In this document: positions 1-9,459 of the stretch, piece by piece
Position numbering within the stretch: position 1 is the first letter of the stretch
How the letters are laid out: every line of letters begins with the position of its first letter
From: Candidatus Aminicenantes bacterium UBA1061
GTDB taxonomy: Bacteria > Acidobacteriota > Aminicenantia > Aminicenantales > Saccharicenantaceae
Length of the DNA: 64,000 nucleotides
Reading direction: 5' to 3'
Assembly (NCBI GenBank): GCA_002316315.1
Contig: DCDG01000022.1
Span: 51 to 64,050 of the forward strand
Notes under the pieces: generated by a model
What the model saw: only the letters and a program-made list of their open reading frames with translations
What the model was told of the DNA's origin: nothing
The model's database searches: none
Position numbers and translations under genes: made by a program

Positions 1-1036
1 TAAAACCATCAGTTTCATCACCTTCGACCGGGATTCCGGCCTCTTTCAGAAAACGGGCCAGGGCTTTGGCATTTTTCCTGACCTGGGTCTGATAGGCTTC
101 CTTGAATTCATTCATTTCATAGGTGGCCAGAAGAAGTCCAAGCAAAGTTCCTAGGTGATGATTCGAGGTTGAGCCGGGGAAAGCTCTGGTTTGAATATCC
201 GTCCAGAGCTGTGGCCAGGGACTGTCCTGAGCGATATTGCCGGCAATAAGTCCCCGCTGGCTGCCAAAAAAGGTTTTATGAGTGCTGCCCGTGACAATAT
301 CGGCACCTTCTTCAAAAGGAGCCTGAAAAGCTCCATAAAGGCCGAGCACATGGGCCATGTCATACATGAGAAGCGGACGATCCGGCCAGTCCTTGACCAG
401 CTCATAAACAAACCTGACCGGCTCGGGATAAATGAACATGCTCTTGCCAAAAACGACCAGTTCGGGCCGGTAGTCCTGAAGAACAGCAGCCAGCCGATCC
501 AGATCAGCCTTATAGGGATTATCCTCCCGGACAGGGATATTGACGACGTTCTCTTTGCCTGTGGCGGGATCTTCTTCTACCAGGTTGAATAAGGCACCCA
601 TCGGTTGAGAACTCAAGTGTCCACCCTTGTTAAGGTCATTGTTCATGACGAGACGAAGCCGCCGGAATGGTTCTCCCTTCTGTCTTTTTCGGTTGACAAA
701 CTTAACCAGTCCCTTAAAAACAACCTCATTGGCCATCTGACCGGAAATCGGACGGGGTTCGACATCACGGCAGCCGAAATAGGCTTTCAGCTCTTTTCTG
801 GCCTCCAGTTCAACCTCACGGATAAAATCAGTTCCCTGATAAAAATAGACTTCCTGACCCTTCATTGTCCGGTGTTCGGCATAGCGTCCGCAGGGATCGG
901 CAATCTCAGCCAGTTTGACCAGAAGAGAAGGCGTGTTTTCGGAAGGGATCAGGTTAAAGCATTCCTGCTGGCGCCAGCGATTGTTCTTTTCAATTTGCTC
1001 TGACCAGAAAGTCAATTTTTCCTTAAGTAGGGTCAT
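1..1036 (-). CDS. glyA: Serine hydroxymethyltransferase-family PLP enzyme, N-terminal ~345 codons (3' end lies beyond the left window edge)
   Basis: Absent from the ORF track because it is edge-truncated. The reverse complement is open from ATG (complement of 1034-1036) down to position 2: MTLLKEKLTFWSEQIEKNNRWRQQECFNLIPSENTPS...GADIVTGSTHKTFFGSQRGLIAG. It has the SENxxS and THKT (PLP-lysine) motifs of SHMT. GSTHKTFFGSQRG departs from the canonical TTTHKTLRGPRGG. Confidence 0.75.
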   Translation of the reverse strand, partial: MTLLKEKLTFWSEQIEKNNRWRQQECFNLIPSENTPSLLVKLAEIADPCGRYAEHRTMKGQEVYFYQGTDFIREVELEARKELKAYFGCRDVEPRPISGQMANEVVFKGLVKFVNRKRQKGEPFRRLRLVMNNDLNKGGHLSSQPMGALFNLVEEDPATGKENVVNIPVREDNPYKADLDRLAAVLQDYRPELVVFGKSMFIYPEPVRFVYELVKDWPDRPLLMYDMAHVLGLYGAFQAPFEEGADIVTGSTHKTFFGSQRGLIAGNIAQDSPWPQLWTDIQTRAFPGSTSNHHLGTLLGLLLATYEMNEFKEAYQTQVRKNAKALARFLKEAGIPVEGDETDGF

Positions 1037-1115
1037 CAAGCTTCTCCTTGTTTGATTTTATTTGGGCCGGCTTCAGGCCGTTAACCAGCCAGCTCGACTT
1101 CTTCTCACAGCTCAG

Positions 1116-1577
1116 CTAAGTCTTCTTGAAGTTTTCTTTTTCCAGCTCTTTTATTTTATTAATCCGGCGCTCATGCCGGCCGCTTTCAAATTCATTTTCC
1201 AGCCAGATTTTGACTATGGCCAGAGCCAGCTCCTCACTCAACACCCGGCCGCCAAGGCAAAGGCAGTTGGAATTATTGTGGGTGCGGCTGGCCTTAGCCG
1301 TAAATTCATTCCAGCAAGGAGTGGCAATTATGCCGGGAAATTTATTGGCGGCAATGGCCATGCCCAGCCCTGTTCCACAAAAAAGTATAGCCCGATCAAA
1401 TTCACCGCTGACCACTTGCCTGATAGCCTTCGCCCCGTAATCAACATAGTCAACGCTTTCTCCCGCCCCGCAGCCAAAATCAAAGAAATCAATTCCTTCC
1501 TGACTGAGATAACGGGCAATAACCATTTTTAAATCATAACCGGCGTGGTCAGAAGCCAGGGCTATTTTCATTGCCAT
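1116..1577 (-). CDS. rpiB: Ribose-5-phosphate isomerase B (RpiB/LacAB family)
   Basis: 153 aa. MKIALASDHAGYDLK...FCGTGLGMAIAANK...NNSNCLCLGGR is typical of RpiB. Confidence 0.9.
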   Translation of the reverse strand: MAMKIALASDHAGYDLKMVIARYLSQEGIDFFDFGCGAGESVDYVDYGAKAIRQVVSGEFDRAILFCGTGLGMAIAANKFPGIIATPCWNEFTAKASRTHNNSNCLCLGGRVLSEELALAIVKIWLENEFESGRHERRINKIKELEKENFKKT

Positions 1578-1622
1578 CTCCTCTCCGTCTGCCAGATAAT
1601 CAGGTCAAACGGTCCGGTTCCC

Positions 1623-3227
1623 TCACTTTAAAAAGGCGGCCGCTTCCGGCATAACCTCAATGGCTTTAAGCACCACCGGGTCAACCTGGCGTGAAACTTT
1701 CACACCTTCTTCCGGGCTAACCACCGACGAAAAGATTTCCCGTTTGATTTCACCCTTGATTTCATCCAGGGCATCGTTAAATTTATCGGGATCATAAGTA
1801 ATTTTAGCCTGGTCAAGATAAGCTTTGAAGTCTTCAATAACTTCTGGAGTCACTTCAAATCCGGCCTCAAAGACCTTCATCCCGGCAGGCGGTGCATCAC
1901 CAGCTTTTAGCTCCTGCGGGAAAACATATTTTTTAGACAGCGGCGTCTGATGCTGGCCGAAGCGGCGGCCATAGCCAAAGTAGGCGCCTTTAAACATAAG
2001 TTCAACGGTGAATATCTTATAGGTGGACTTGACCTCATAATCAGGACTGATGCCGCCTTCACCCAGAACCTTGCGACCTTTTTTCAGAGTGTATTTTACA
2101 TCCCGCTGGCTGTCCGGAGCTTTTTTGGCCAGATAATAATCTTCCAGATGAGAAAAATCACGCTGAATCAAACGGCCGCTCGGCGTGAGATAGCGGGCAG
2201 TGGTCAGGGCTAAAGCCATGTCGGCCGAGAGCGGAAAAACGGTCTGAACCAGGCCCTTCCCCCAGGAATCTTCACCGACAACGAGCCCGCGGTCATGGTC
2301 CATGATCGCTCCGGCTACGATTTCCGAGGCGCTGGCTGTGCCCTGATTGATCAGGATAACCAGCGGCAAATTTTCATACTGGCCGTTGCGGCTGGCATAA
2401 AAATCGCGATTATAAGCCGGGTTGCGACCTCGCATCGAAACAATTAAAGCCCCTTTGGGCAGAAATTCATCGGCCATATCAACCGCCTGAAAAACAGGTC
2501 CGCCGGTGTTACCTCTGAGATCTAGAATGAGGCTGGCCATTTTGGCCTGCGAGAGCGATTTAAGCTTGGCTTCCAGCTCATCCACCGTATTGCGCCCGAA
2601 CGACCGAACAAAAATATAGCCGATCTTTTTTGACTCATCAATCATAAAAGAATAAGGAACGCTGGCCAGAGGAATCTCTTCCCTGGTAATGGTCAGATCA
2701 AAAGGCTTATCAAGACCTTCCCGCTGAATTGTAATGGTTACCTTAGTGTCTTTTTCCCCGCGCAGTTTTTGCATGGCTTCAACGCTGCTCATCGGTTTGG
2801 TGCTTTCGCCATCAATGTGGGTGATGACATCTCCAGGCTGAATGCCCAGCCGCCAGGCGGGTGTACCTTCAATCGGAGCAATAACCACCAGCCTGTCTTC
2901 CTGTTTTTGAATCTGAATACCAAGACCGTAGTATTTACCGGTATAATCTTCGGCAAAACGCAAAGAAGACTCCGGATCTAAAAAATAAGAATGAGGGTCG
3001 AGGGTGTCCAGCATCCCCCGAATAGCAGCGAAGGCCAGTTTCTGTGAATCTTTATCTTCGTAATAATTTTGTTTGACCAGAGAGCTGATCAAAACAACCT
3101 TATTTAAGCCCTGTTCCCAGGGGTCGATAGCAATCGAAGCCTGGCCAACTAGAAAAAAACCCAGAAAAAACAGCACTAAAGAGGCCGTAATTTTCGATCT
3201 AGCTGTCATTTGTTTCTCTAAGGTCAA
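1623..3227 (-). CDS. C-terminal processing (tail-specific) peptidase, family S41, with PDZ domain
   Basis: 534 aa. Hydrophobic N-terminal signal/anchor (ASLVLFFLGFFLVGQASIA), a PDZ-like segment (GIQPGDVITHIDGES) and the S41 catalytic segment ILINQGTASASEIVAGA. Confidence 0.88.
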   Translation of the reverse strand: MTLEKQMTARSKITASLVLFFLGFFLVGQASIAIDPWEQGLNKVVLISSLVKQNYYEDKDSQKLAFAAIRGMLDTLDPHSYFLDPESSLRFAEDYTGKYYGLGIQIQKQEDRLVVIAPIEGTPAWRLGIQPGDVITHIDGESTKPMSSVEAMQKLRGEKDTKVTITIQREGLDKPFDLTITREEIPLASVPYSFMIDESKKIGYIFVRSFGRNTVDELEAKLKSLSQAKMASLILDLRGNTGGPVFQAVDMADEFLPKGALIVSMRGRNPAYNRDFYASRNGQYENLPLVILINQGTASASEIVAGAIMDHDRGLVVGEDSWGKGLVQTVFPLSADMALALTTARYLTPSGRLIQRDFSHLEDYYLAKKAPDSQRDVKYTLKKGRKVLGEGGISPDYEVKSTYKIFTVELMFKGAYFGYGRRFGQHQTPLSKKYVFPQELKAGDAPPAGMKVFEAGFEVTPEVIEDFKAYLDQAKITYDPDKFNDALDEIKGEIKREIFSSVVSPEEGVKVSRQVDPVVLKAIEVMPEAAAFLK

Positions 3228-3284
3228 GCTATAATCAGGTTAAATCTTACCAGAGGGGTTGGCCAAAGTAAAGTCGAATCTAAC

Positions 3285-3313
3285 TTGACTCATTCTGTCC
3301 TTAAGATTATACT
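3285..3313 (+). promoter_or_regulatory. Sigma70-like promoter upstream of tatA
   Basis: TTGACT (3285-3290), a 17-nt spacer, then TATACT (3308-3313), about 25 nt upstream of the tatA ATG. Confidence 0.5.
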
Positions 3314-3337
3314 TTAGGGGAGATAAGTAAAGAAAGC

Positions 3338-3643
3338 ATGTTTGGCAGTATCGGCTTACCTGAACTAATAGTCATCTTTATCATAGCCCTGCTCATTTTT
3401 GGGCCTAAAAAGCTGCCTGAAGTAGGGAAATCAGTAGGAAAAGCCATCAGGGAATTCAAAAAAGCTTCTGATGAGCTTCGAACCAAAGTTGAAGACGAAA
3501 TCAACGCCACCGAAATCAAGACTGAAATCAAGGAAGTCCAGAAAGATTTAAACAGCGTGACCTCCGACCTCAATGAACTTCAAAACTCGATAAAAAAGGA
3601 TATAAAAGGCGATGAGCCGCGGGAAGGCCAGAAAGTCTCCTGA
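3338..3643 (+). CDS. tatA: Twin-arginine translocase subunit TatA/E
   Basis: MFGSIGLPELIVIFIIALLIFGPKKLPEVGKSVGKAIREFKKA is a canonical TatA N-terminus (TM helix plus amphipathic helix). Confidence 0.92.
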   Translation: MFGSIGLPELIVIFIIALLIFGPKKLPEVGKSVGKAIREFKKASDELRTKVEDEINATEIKTEIKEVQKDLNSVTSDLNELQNSIKKDIKGDEPREGQKVS

Positions 3644-4418
3644 TGAAATGACCTTCCTGGAGCATCTCGAAGACCTGAGGAAAAGGCTTCTGTATTCGGC
3701 CATCGCTATTCTACTGGCAGTCATTCCGGGCTGGATGTTAAGCCGGCAGCTCTATGAAATTCTGGCCAGGCCACTTACTCAATATTTACCTGAAGGAACC
3801 AAGCTGGCCTATACCACCCTGACCGCCCCCTTTATGCTCTATATGAAAATTGCCTTTCTGGGTGCTTTCTTTTTCACTTCGCCTTTTGTCTTTTACCAGC
3901 TCTGGATGTTTGTCGCTCCCGGTCTGTATCAAAAGGAAAAGAAATATGTTATTCCCTTTGTCTTTTTCACCACTTTTTTCTTTATTGTGGGAGCACTCTT
4001 TGGTTATTTCGTTGTCTTCCCCTGGGCCTGCCGCTTCTTTGTCAATCTCGCCACGGACTTTCAGCCGGTTATAACCGTTGACCAGTATTTCAGCTTTTCC
4101 ATCAAAGTCCTGCTGGGCATTGCTTTAATTTTCGAACTGCCGACCCTGATTTATTTTCTGGCCAAGATGGGCATAATTACCGCCAGATGGATGATCAAAA
4201 GCTTCCCCTATGCCATTTTGGCTGCTTTTATTATTTCAGCTATCATTACTCCAACTCCGGATGTCATCACCCAGAGTGTGGTGGCTGTCCCGATGATTAT
4301 TCTTTATAGCTTGAGCATTCTCATTGCTCTGGTCGTCGGGCGAAACAGGGAAAAACGGAAGCAGGAAACAGCCTTAGAGACAGCCGCTGACGGGGGAGAT
4401 GACGATCTGGCTGGCTGA
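3612..4418 (+). CDS. tatC: Twin-arginine translocase subunit TatC
   Basis: TFLEHLEDLRKRLL start motif and six predicted TM segments. An alternative start ATG at 3648 lies just after the tatA stop (3641-3643) and is equally plausible. Confidence 0.9.
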   Translation: MSRGKARKSPDEMTFLEHLEDLRKRLLYSAIAILLAVIPGWMLSRQLYEILARPLTQYLPEGTKLAYTTLTAPFMLYMKIAFLGAFFFTSPFVFYQLWMFVAPGLYQKEKKYVIPFVFFTTFFFIVGALFGYFVVFPWACRFFVNLATDFQPVITVDQYFSFSIKVLLGIALIFELPTLIYFLAKMGIITARWMIKSFPYAILAAFIISAIITPTPDVITQSVVAVPMIILYSLSILIALVVGRNREKRKQETALETAADGGDDDLAG

Positions 4419-4546
4419 GGGACTCTCAGCTATTGTTTTGTTTTTGCTTCGAGTTGGGATATATTTTATGGTAGTTAATTTTCTGGCGGCAGCCTTATTA
4501 AGTTTAATAGCCAGAGAGGGCTAAGCTGATTATTCCTTAGTGGCGG

Positions 4547-5107
4547 TTGACCATGACCGGAAATATTAAAATTACTGATTTTCGCCTGATTGGACTGACC
4601 GGCACCAATGCTGCTGGCAAGGGAGAAGTGGCCTCATTCTACCGGAAAAAGGGTTACGACTATATCTCACTTTCCGATATCATTCGAGAAGAACTCAGGA
4701 ACCGTTCTCTTCCCGCCTCAAGAGAAAATCTTATTGCAGTTGGTAATGAACTCCGGGAAAAATCTGGCCCTGACATCCTGGCCCGGCGAGCGGCGGCCAG
4801 AATTTCAGGTAAGACAATTATTGACAGTATCCGCCATCCGGTCGAAATAGAGTATTTGCGGAGCCTGGGCAGTTTTATTTTGCTGGCAGTAGATGCTCCG
4901 GTCGAAATAAGGTTTGAGCGAGCTAAAAAGCGGGGCCGGGATGAATCGGCTTCAACTCTTGAGGAATTCATCGAGCAGGAAAACAGGGAAAAAGGAAGCG
5001 GCGGAAATAATCAACAGCTTGACCGCTGTTTGGCTCTGGCTGACCTCATGATCATCAATGACGGCAGCCTGGAGGAACTGCATCAAAAACTGGAGAAACT
5101 GGGATGA
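4547..5107 (+). CDS. P-loop nucleotide kinase-like protein (dephospho-CoA kinase / dNMP kinase-like)
   Basis: Walker A GLTGTNAAGKG. About 185 aa. The stop overlaps the start of the downstream deaminase (ATGA). TTG at 4547 or ATG at 4553 could be the start. Confidence 0.6.
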   Translation: MTMTGNIKITDFRLIGLTGTNAAGKGEVASFYRKKGYDYISLSDIIREELRNRSLPASRENLIAVGNELREKSGPDILARRAAARISGKTIIDSIRHPVEIEYLRSLGSFILLAVDAPVEIRFERAKKRGRDESASTLEEFIEQENREKGSGGNNQQLDRCLALADLMIINDGSLEELHQKLEKLG

Positions 5108-5664
5108 GTGAAATTCAAAATCAGTCTAACCGACAGGACAAAAGGATTTCAAAAGATGAATATTATCTGGGCATAGCCCGCGAGGTATCGAGGCGAAGCA
5201 CCTGTTTCCGCCGGACAATTGGAGCTATTATTGTCCGCGATGATCAGATCATTTCGACCGGCTATGTCGGGGCACCGCGGAAAACCAAAGATAGCCTTCA
5301 GCACGGTTTTTGCCTGCGCGACCGCCTGCATATCCCCCATGGCCAGAGATACGAGCTCTGCCGCTCGGTTCATGCTGAGCAGAATACCATTATCAATGCA
5401 GCCAGAGCCGGGGTCAGCCTGCTGGGCGGCGATATGTTCATTTTCGGCAGCGACTCAAAAACCGGCCAGCCGATTGATGCTTTCCCCTGCTTTGTCTGTA
5501 AAAAAATGATCATCAATGCCGGGCTCAACCGGGTGGTGTGCTCAACAGCTGATGGTAAGTGGACAGTATTTTCTGTTGATGACTGGGCCCGCGACTGGCG
5601 GGAAAATGATATTCTCGATGATACACACCAATATGGAAAAACCAACGAGGGACAGCATGAGTAA
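5104..5664 (+). CDS. Deoxycytidylate (dCMP) deaminase, cytidine/deoxycytidylate deaminase family
   Basis: Zinc-binding motifs HAEQNTIINAA and PCFVCKKMIINAG. Confidence 0.85.
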   Translation: MSEIQNQSNRQDKRISKDEYYLGIAREVSRRSTCFRRTIGAIIVRDDQIISTGYVGAPRKTKDSLQHGFCLRDRLHIPHGQRYELCRSVHAEQNTIINAARAGVSLLGGDMFIFGSDSKTGQPIDAFPCFVCKKMIINAGLNRVVCSTADGKWTVFSVDDWARDWRENDILDDTHQYGKTNEGQHE

Positions 5665-7852
5665 AAAATCTCCTGGCCGGAAAATGTCAGAAAAGGTAGC
5701 CTGGGTGACTTTAATCACTATTATTTTACTAGGAGTTACGGCGGCTGCCGGGAGCCGACAGCAGGAAACAACGAGCAACCAGACTGGCAGCCTGCTGGAG
5801 CTACTGGGAATTGAAGTCTCACCTGAATCCCTCGATTACCTTCAGAATAAAACCCAGTTTCAGCTTCATACCCTTCTAACCGAGCAGCGTCATCCGAAGA
5901 CCTGGAACCTGAGCGAAAAAATAAAGACAGACACAGCCGCCGGCCTGCACCTGCTTTTCTCGGTGGATGAAGACATCGTGGCAAAACTCGACCAGCTGGC
6001 AGCTTCGCCCACCCTTATTGAGCAATTAGCCACAGAAATTAAAAAGACCATTCTCAGCGGGCACAAAATATATGTTTATGGCTGCGGGGCAACCGGGCGC
6101 CTGGCCAAGCAAATGGAAAGCACTTTCTGGCGGCCCTTCTGGTCTTCATTAAAGACGGATAAAGATCTCTGGCCAAAAATAGAAAAGAACCTCGGCCCGG
6201 GAATAAGCGACAAGCTCATCGGGGAAATGACCGGCGGTGACCGGGCCCTGATTTCTTCTCTCGAAGGGTTCGAAGATCTTCAGCTTATCGGCCGGCTGCA
6301 GTTAAAAGACCGGGGGATTGAAAAAGGAGACCTGGTCATAGCCGTCACCGAAGGCGGCGAGACCTCCTCGGTTATCGGCACCATCCTGGCTGCGCTGGAT
6401 GATTGGCGCCAGACTCCATCTTATTCCCCCACTGAGAGCCGGAAAAAACTCTACTTTGTCTATAACAACCCGGATGATAAACTCCGTCCTTTTGAACGCA
6501 GTCGGGCCGTCATTGATGAGCCAGGAATTACCAAAATCAATCTAACTACCGGACCTATGGCTATCACCGGCTCGACCAGAATGCAGGCTACGACGATTGA
6601 AACCTACGCGCTGGGTGTCGCCCTGCAGGCTGCCGCCTATGATTTGCTCAGGGATTTTCTAAGTCCGAAAGAACTGCAGAGAGCTGGCTTCGGGCAGCCT
6701 TACCTTATTGCTGATAACCTCAAGGCTTTTGCCCCTATCCTGAACCGAATAAAACGGGCTGTTCCAGCCATCGCCCCCTGGACTGAACTCGAAGCCAGGA
6801 CTTACGCCGGAGGGCATTTTTCTACCTATTTCGCTCAAAAAGCTTTGATTACTGTCTTTATTGACAGCACGGAGAGGAGTCCAACTTTCAGGCTCTACCC
6901 GCTTGATACGGTTGATTTACCTGAGCGACGCTGCTGGATTCAGGTCTGGACGCCGGCCGGGAGCGGCAGGGAAGCCTGGCTGTCTTTTCTGGGCCGACCC
7001 TTCCGCGGTCTTAATGAGGAGTTCTATCGCCCGGCCTTTGAAAAAGAGATAGACGATCCCTATTTAAAAAAGGCTGCTCTTGACAGCCTCAAAAAGGCCG
7101 GTCAGGCGCAGCAGGATTTGTATGATTTTTCTTTCTCGGAATTTAACATTAAAAAAAGAGGTCCGAAGTCAGGCGATTTAGGGGTCACAGTCGGACTGAC
7201 ACCGGAAGAAAATTATCTTCTTGATAGCAATTCACCCTTCAGCCGTTTCGGGCGTTTGTTTCTCGAAAATAAAGCCTCGCTGGTGATGGTCAATGTCACC
7301 GATCTCGAAGAGAAGAAGATAGCCCGGGCACAGAAAAACATCGAGAATTTTTATAACCTAAAGGCTTTACCGCCGGAGCAGAAACTCCATCAGGTCTGGC
7401 TATCGGTGGATATGGCCAATGATCCTTTCGAGCTGCGGCAGAATATGGCTTTAAAAATGGTACTTAATGCCCACTCGACGGCGGTCATGGCCAAACTTGG
7501 TCGGGTCATTGGCAATACCATGACCAATGTCAGTCCGAGCAATTTAAAATTAATCGGGCGGGCCACCTATTTAATTCAGTCCCATGTCAACGATTGTCTG
7601 AAAAGGCCAGGCTGGATCAAAAAGTATGGACGCCGCGAGCCAATAAGTTATGGCGAAGCTAATGCAGTTCTGTTCGATTCAATTGCCTATCTTAAGGACA
7701 AAGAAGATGTTGCCGGTCAGACAGCAGAAGTGGCTCTGTCAATTATTAGAATCCTCGAATCGCTGCGCCAGAAAAGAGGGATAACTAACGATGAAGCTCT
7801 GGCTATCGTTCAGCAGCAGGGTCTGGCTAACTACCTGGCCGGGATAAATTGA
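5657..7852 (+). CDS. Membrane-anchored/secreted double-SIS protein, MurQ etherase / glucokinase-regulator (GCKR)-like
   Basis: The track ORF starts at 5516 inside the deaminase gene. I place the start at ATG 5657 (MSKKSPGRKMSEKVAWVTLITIILLGVTAAAG, an 8-nt ATGAGTAA overlap with the upstream stop). SIS motifs are KIYVYGCGATGRLA, VTEGGETSSVIG and TGSTRMQATTIE. A second MurQ-like C-terminal segment is LKMVLNAHSTAVMAKLGRVIGNTMTNV. Confidence 0.65.
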   Translation: MSKKSPGRKMSEKVAWVTLITIILLGVTAAAGSRQQETTSNQTGSLLELLGIEVSPESLDYLQNKTQFQLHTLLTEQRHPKTWNLSEKIKTDTAAGLHLLFSVDEDIVAKLDQLAASPTLIEQLATEIKKTILSGHKIYVYGCGATGRLAKQMESTFWRPFWSSLKTDKDLWPKIEKNLGPGISDKLIGEMTGGDRALISSLEGFEDLQLIGRLQLKDRGIEKGDLVIAVTEGGETSSVIGTILAALDDWRQTPSYSPTESRKKLYFVYNNPDDKLRPFERSRAVIDEPGITKINLTTGPMAITGSTRMQATTIETYALGVALQAAAYDLLRDFLSPKELQRAGFGQPYLIADNLKAFAPILNRIKRAVPAIAPWTELEARTYAGGHFSTYFAQKALITVFIDSTERSPTFRLYPLDTVDLPERRCWIQVWTPAGSGREAWLSFLGRPFRGLNEEFYRPAFEKEIDDPYLKKAALDSLKKAGQAQQDLYDFSFSEFNIKKRGPKSGDLGVTVGLTPEENYLLDSNSPFSRFGRLFLENKASLVMVNVTDLEEKKIARAQKNIENFYNLKALPPEQKLHQVWLSVDMANDPFELRQNMALKMVLNAHSTAVMAKLGRVIGNTMTNVSPSNLKLIGRATYLIQSHVNDCLKRPGWIKKYGRREPISYGEANAVLFDSIAYLKDKEDVAGQTAEVALSIIRILESLRQKRGITNDEALAIVQQQGLANYLAGIN

Positions 7853-7860
7853 GGCAGGTT

Positions 7861-8964
7861 TTAAATCCGCTGGCTGTTAGATACAAAACAGGGTGGTTGC
7901 GGACGGCTTCTTCTCCGTTTTGGTGTCTTCACCTGCGGATAGACAAAAAGTTCACCGGCATAGTTTCTGAGCACAACTTTCTCCTCAGAAATTGACTGAA
8001 CATATTCAGGAATAAGCGGAATCTTACCACCGCCGCCAGGGGCATCAATTACATACTGCGGCACAGCCAGCCCGGATGTCCAGCCTCTCAGACCCTGATA
8101 AATTTCCAGCCCTTTCTCCACCGTGGTTCGAAAATGTTCGGTGCCCCGAACATAATCTGCCTGATAGATGTAGTAAGGCCTGACCCTGACCGTCAGGAGC
8201 TTCTGCATGAGCTTCCTCATCGTCTCGACGTCATCATTGACACCCTTAAGCAGAACAGTCTGGTTGCCGAGAGGAAGACCGGCGTCAGCCAGCAGGTTGA
8301 GGGCTCTGGCTGCCTCGGCTGTAATTTCGTCCGGGTGATTGAAATGAACATTCATATAGAGCGGGTGATATTTTTTGAGCATTGATACCAGTTCTTCGGT
8401 TATTCTCTGTGGAAGATAACAGGGCATTCTGGTCCCGATTCTGATAATTTCAACCTGGGGGATCGAGCGCAGCTGGCTCAGGATACTTTCCAGCCAGTCA
8501 TCGCTCAGAATGAGCGGATCGCCGCCCGAAACGATGACATCACGGATCTCCGGGTGTTCTTTTATGTAATTTATTCCGTCTTCAATGTAACGCGGGTTAA
8601 TTTTCGAAATATCGCCTACTTTCCTTTTTCTGGTGCAGAAACGGCAGTAAGAAGCACAGCTGTGAGCTACCAGAAAAAGAACCCGATCAGGATAGCGATG
8701 CACAATACTCGGCACCGGAGAATCAAGATCTTCTTCTAAGGGATCATCTTCGCCCGAGTTTTCAGCCAGCTCAGCCAGGTCAGGCACCACCTGTCGATAA
8801 ATTGGATCGCCTTTCCTTTTGATCAGGCTGGCGTAATAAGGAGTAATCTGAATCTTAAAGGCCCGGGCTATTTTCCTGACCGCTTCCACCTCCAGGCCAA
8901 AACACTCAGCTATTTCTTCTGGAGTTCTCAAACTGTGCTGCAGAATTTGTTGCCAGTCGTCCAT
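7861..8964 (-). CDS. kamA: KamA-family radical SAM aminomutase (lysine 2,3-aminomutase-like)
   Basis: 367 aa. Radical SAM cluster motif CASYCRFCTRKRK, then VIVSGGDPL, and a KamA-type N-terminus (ITPYYASLI). Substrate (Lys vs Glu/Arg) cannot be assigned by eye. Confidence 0.85.
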   Translation of the reverse strand: MDDWQQILQHSLRTPEEIAECFGLEVEAVRKIARAFKIQITPYYASLIKRKGDPIYRQVVPDLAELAENSGEDDPLEEDLDSPVPSIVHRYPDRVLFLVAHSCASYCRFCTRKRKVGDISKINPRYIEDGINYIKEHPEIRDVIVSGGDPLILSDDWLESILSQLRSIPQVEIIRIGTRMPCYLPQRITEELVSMLKKYHPLYMNVHFNHPDEITAEAARALNLLADAGLPLGNQTVLLKGVNDDVETMRKLMQKLLTVRVRPYYIYQADYVRGTEHFRTTVEKGLEIYQGLRGWTSGLAVPQYVIDAPGGGGKIPLIPEYVQSISEEKVVLRNYAGELFVYPQVKTPKRRRSRPQPPCFVSNSQRI

Positions 8965-8976
8965 TTTCTCCTTTTT

Positions 8977-9459
8977 TCACTCCTTTTCCCTGAGATATTT
9001 CCCGAAAATGACCCGGTCATCTCCTGACCGGTAAAAGTCAGGAATGCGAGCCATTTCCCGGTAGCCTAATTTCTCATAAAATTTTCTGGTTGGTAGATAT
9101 TTGGGTTGAGAAGAAGTTTCAATAATGACCAGCCTCCCACCGTTTTCCTTAACCTCGTCTTCGAGATGACGCACCAGAAGCCGACCGTAGCCCTGGCTCT
9201 GGACTTCAGGCGAAACAGCTATCCAGTAAAGATCCCAGGTGCCTTCAGTCAGCGGGGTCGGACCATAAGTTATATAGCCTGCAACTTTTCCAGTCTGGTC
9301 TTCCACCACCTCGATCTTATAATCCTGCTGCTCCGGCTGGTTGAGATAAATATCAATCAGCTCTTCGGCCACTTTTATCTCGTCGGGAAGAAAAAAGCGG
9401 GTGGCTTTAATCAGTCCGATGACCTGTTCGCGATCACCGCCGGTCATTGGTCGTAACAT
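8977..9459 (-). CDS. GNAT family N-acetyltransferase
   Basis: 160 aa. Acetyl-CoA binding segment VSPEVQSQGYGRLLVRHLE. It lies 12 nt upstream of kamA and overlaps the upstream ATP-grasp gene by 26 nt. Confidence 0.8.
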   Translation of the reverse strand: MLRPMTGGDREQVIGLIKATRFFLPDEIKVAEELIDIYLNQPEQQDYKIEVVEDQTGKVAGYITYGPTPLTEGTWDLYWIAVSPEVQSQGYGRLLVRHLEDEVKENGGRLVIIETSSQPKYLPTRKFYEKLGYREMARIPDFYRSGDDRVIFGKYLREKE

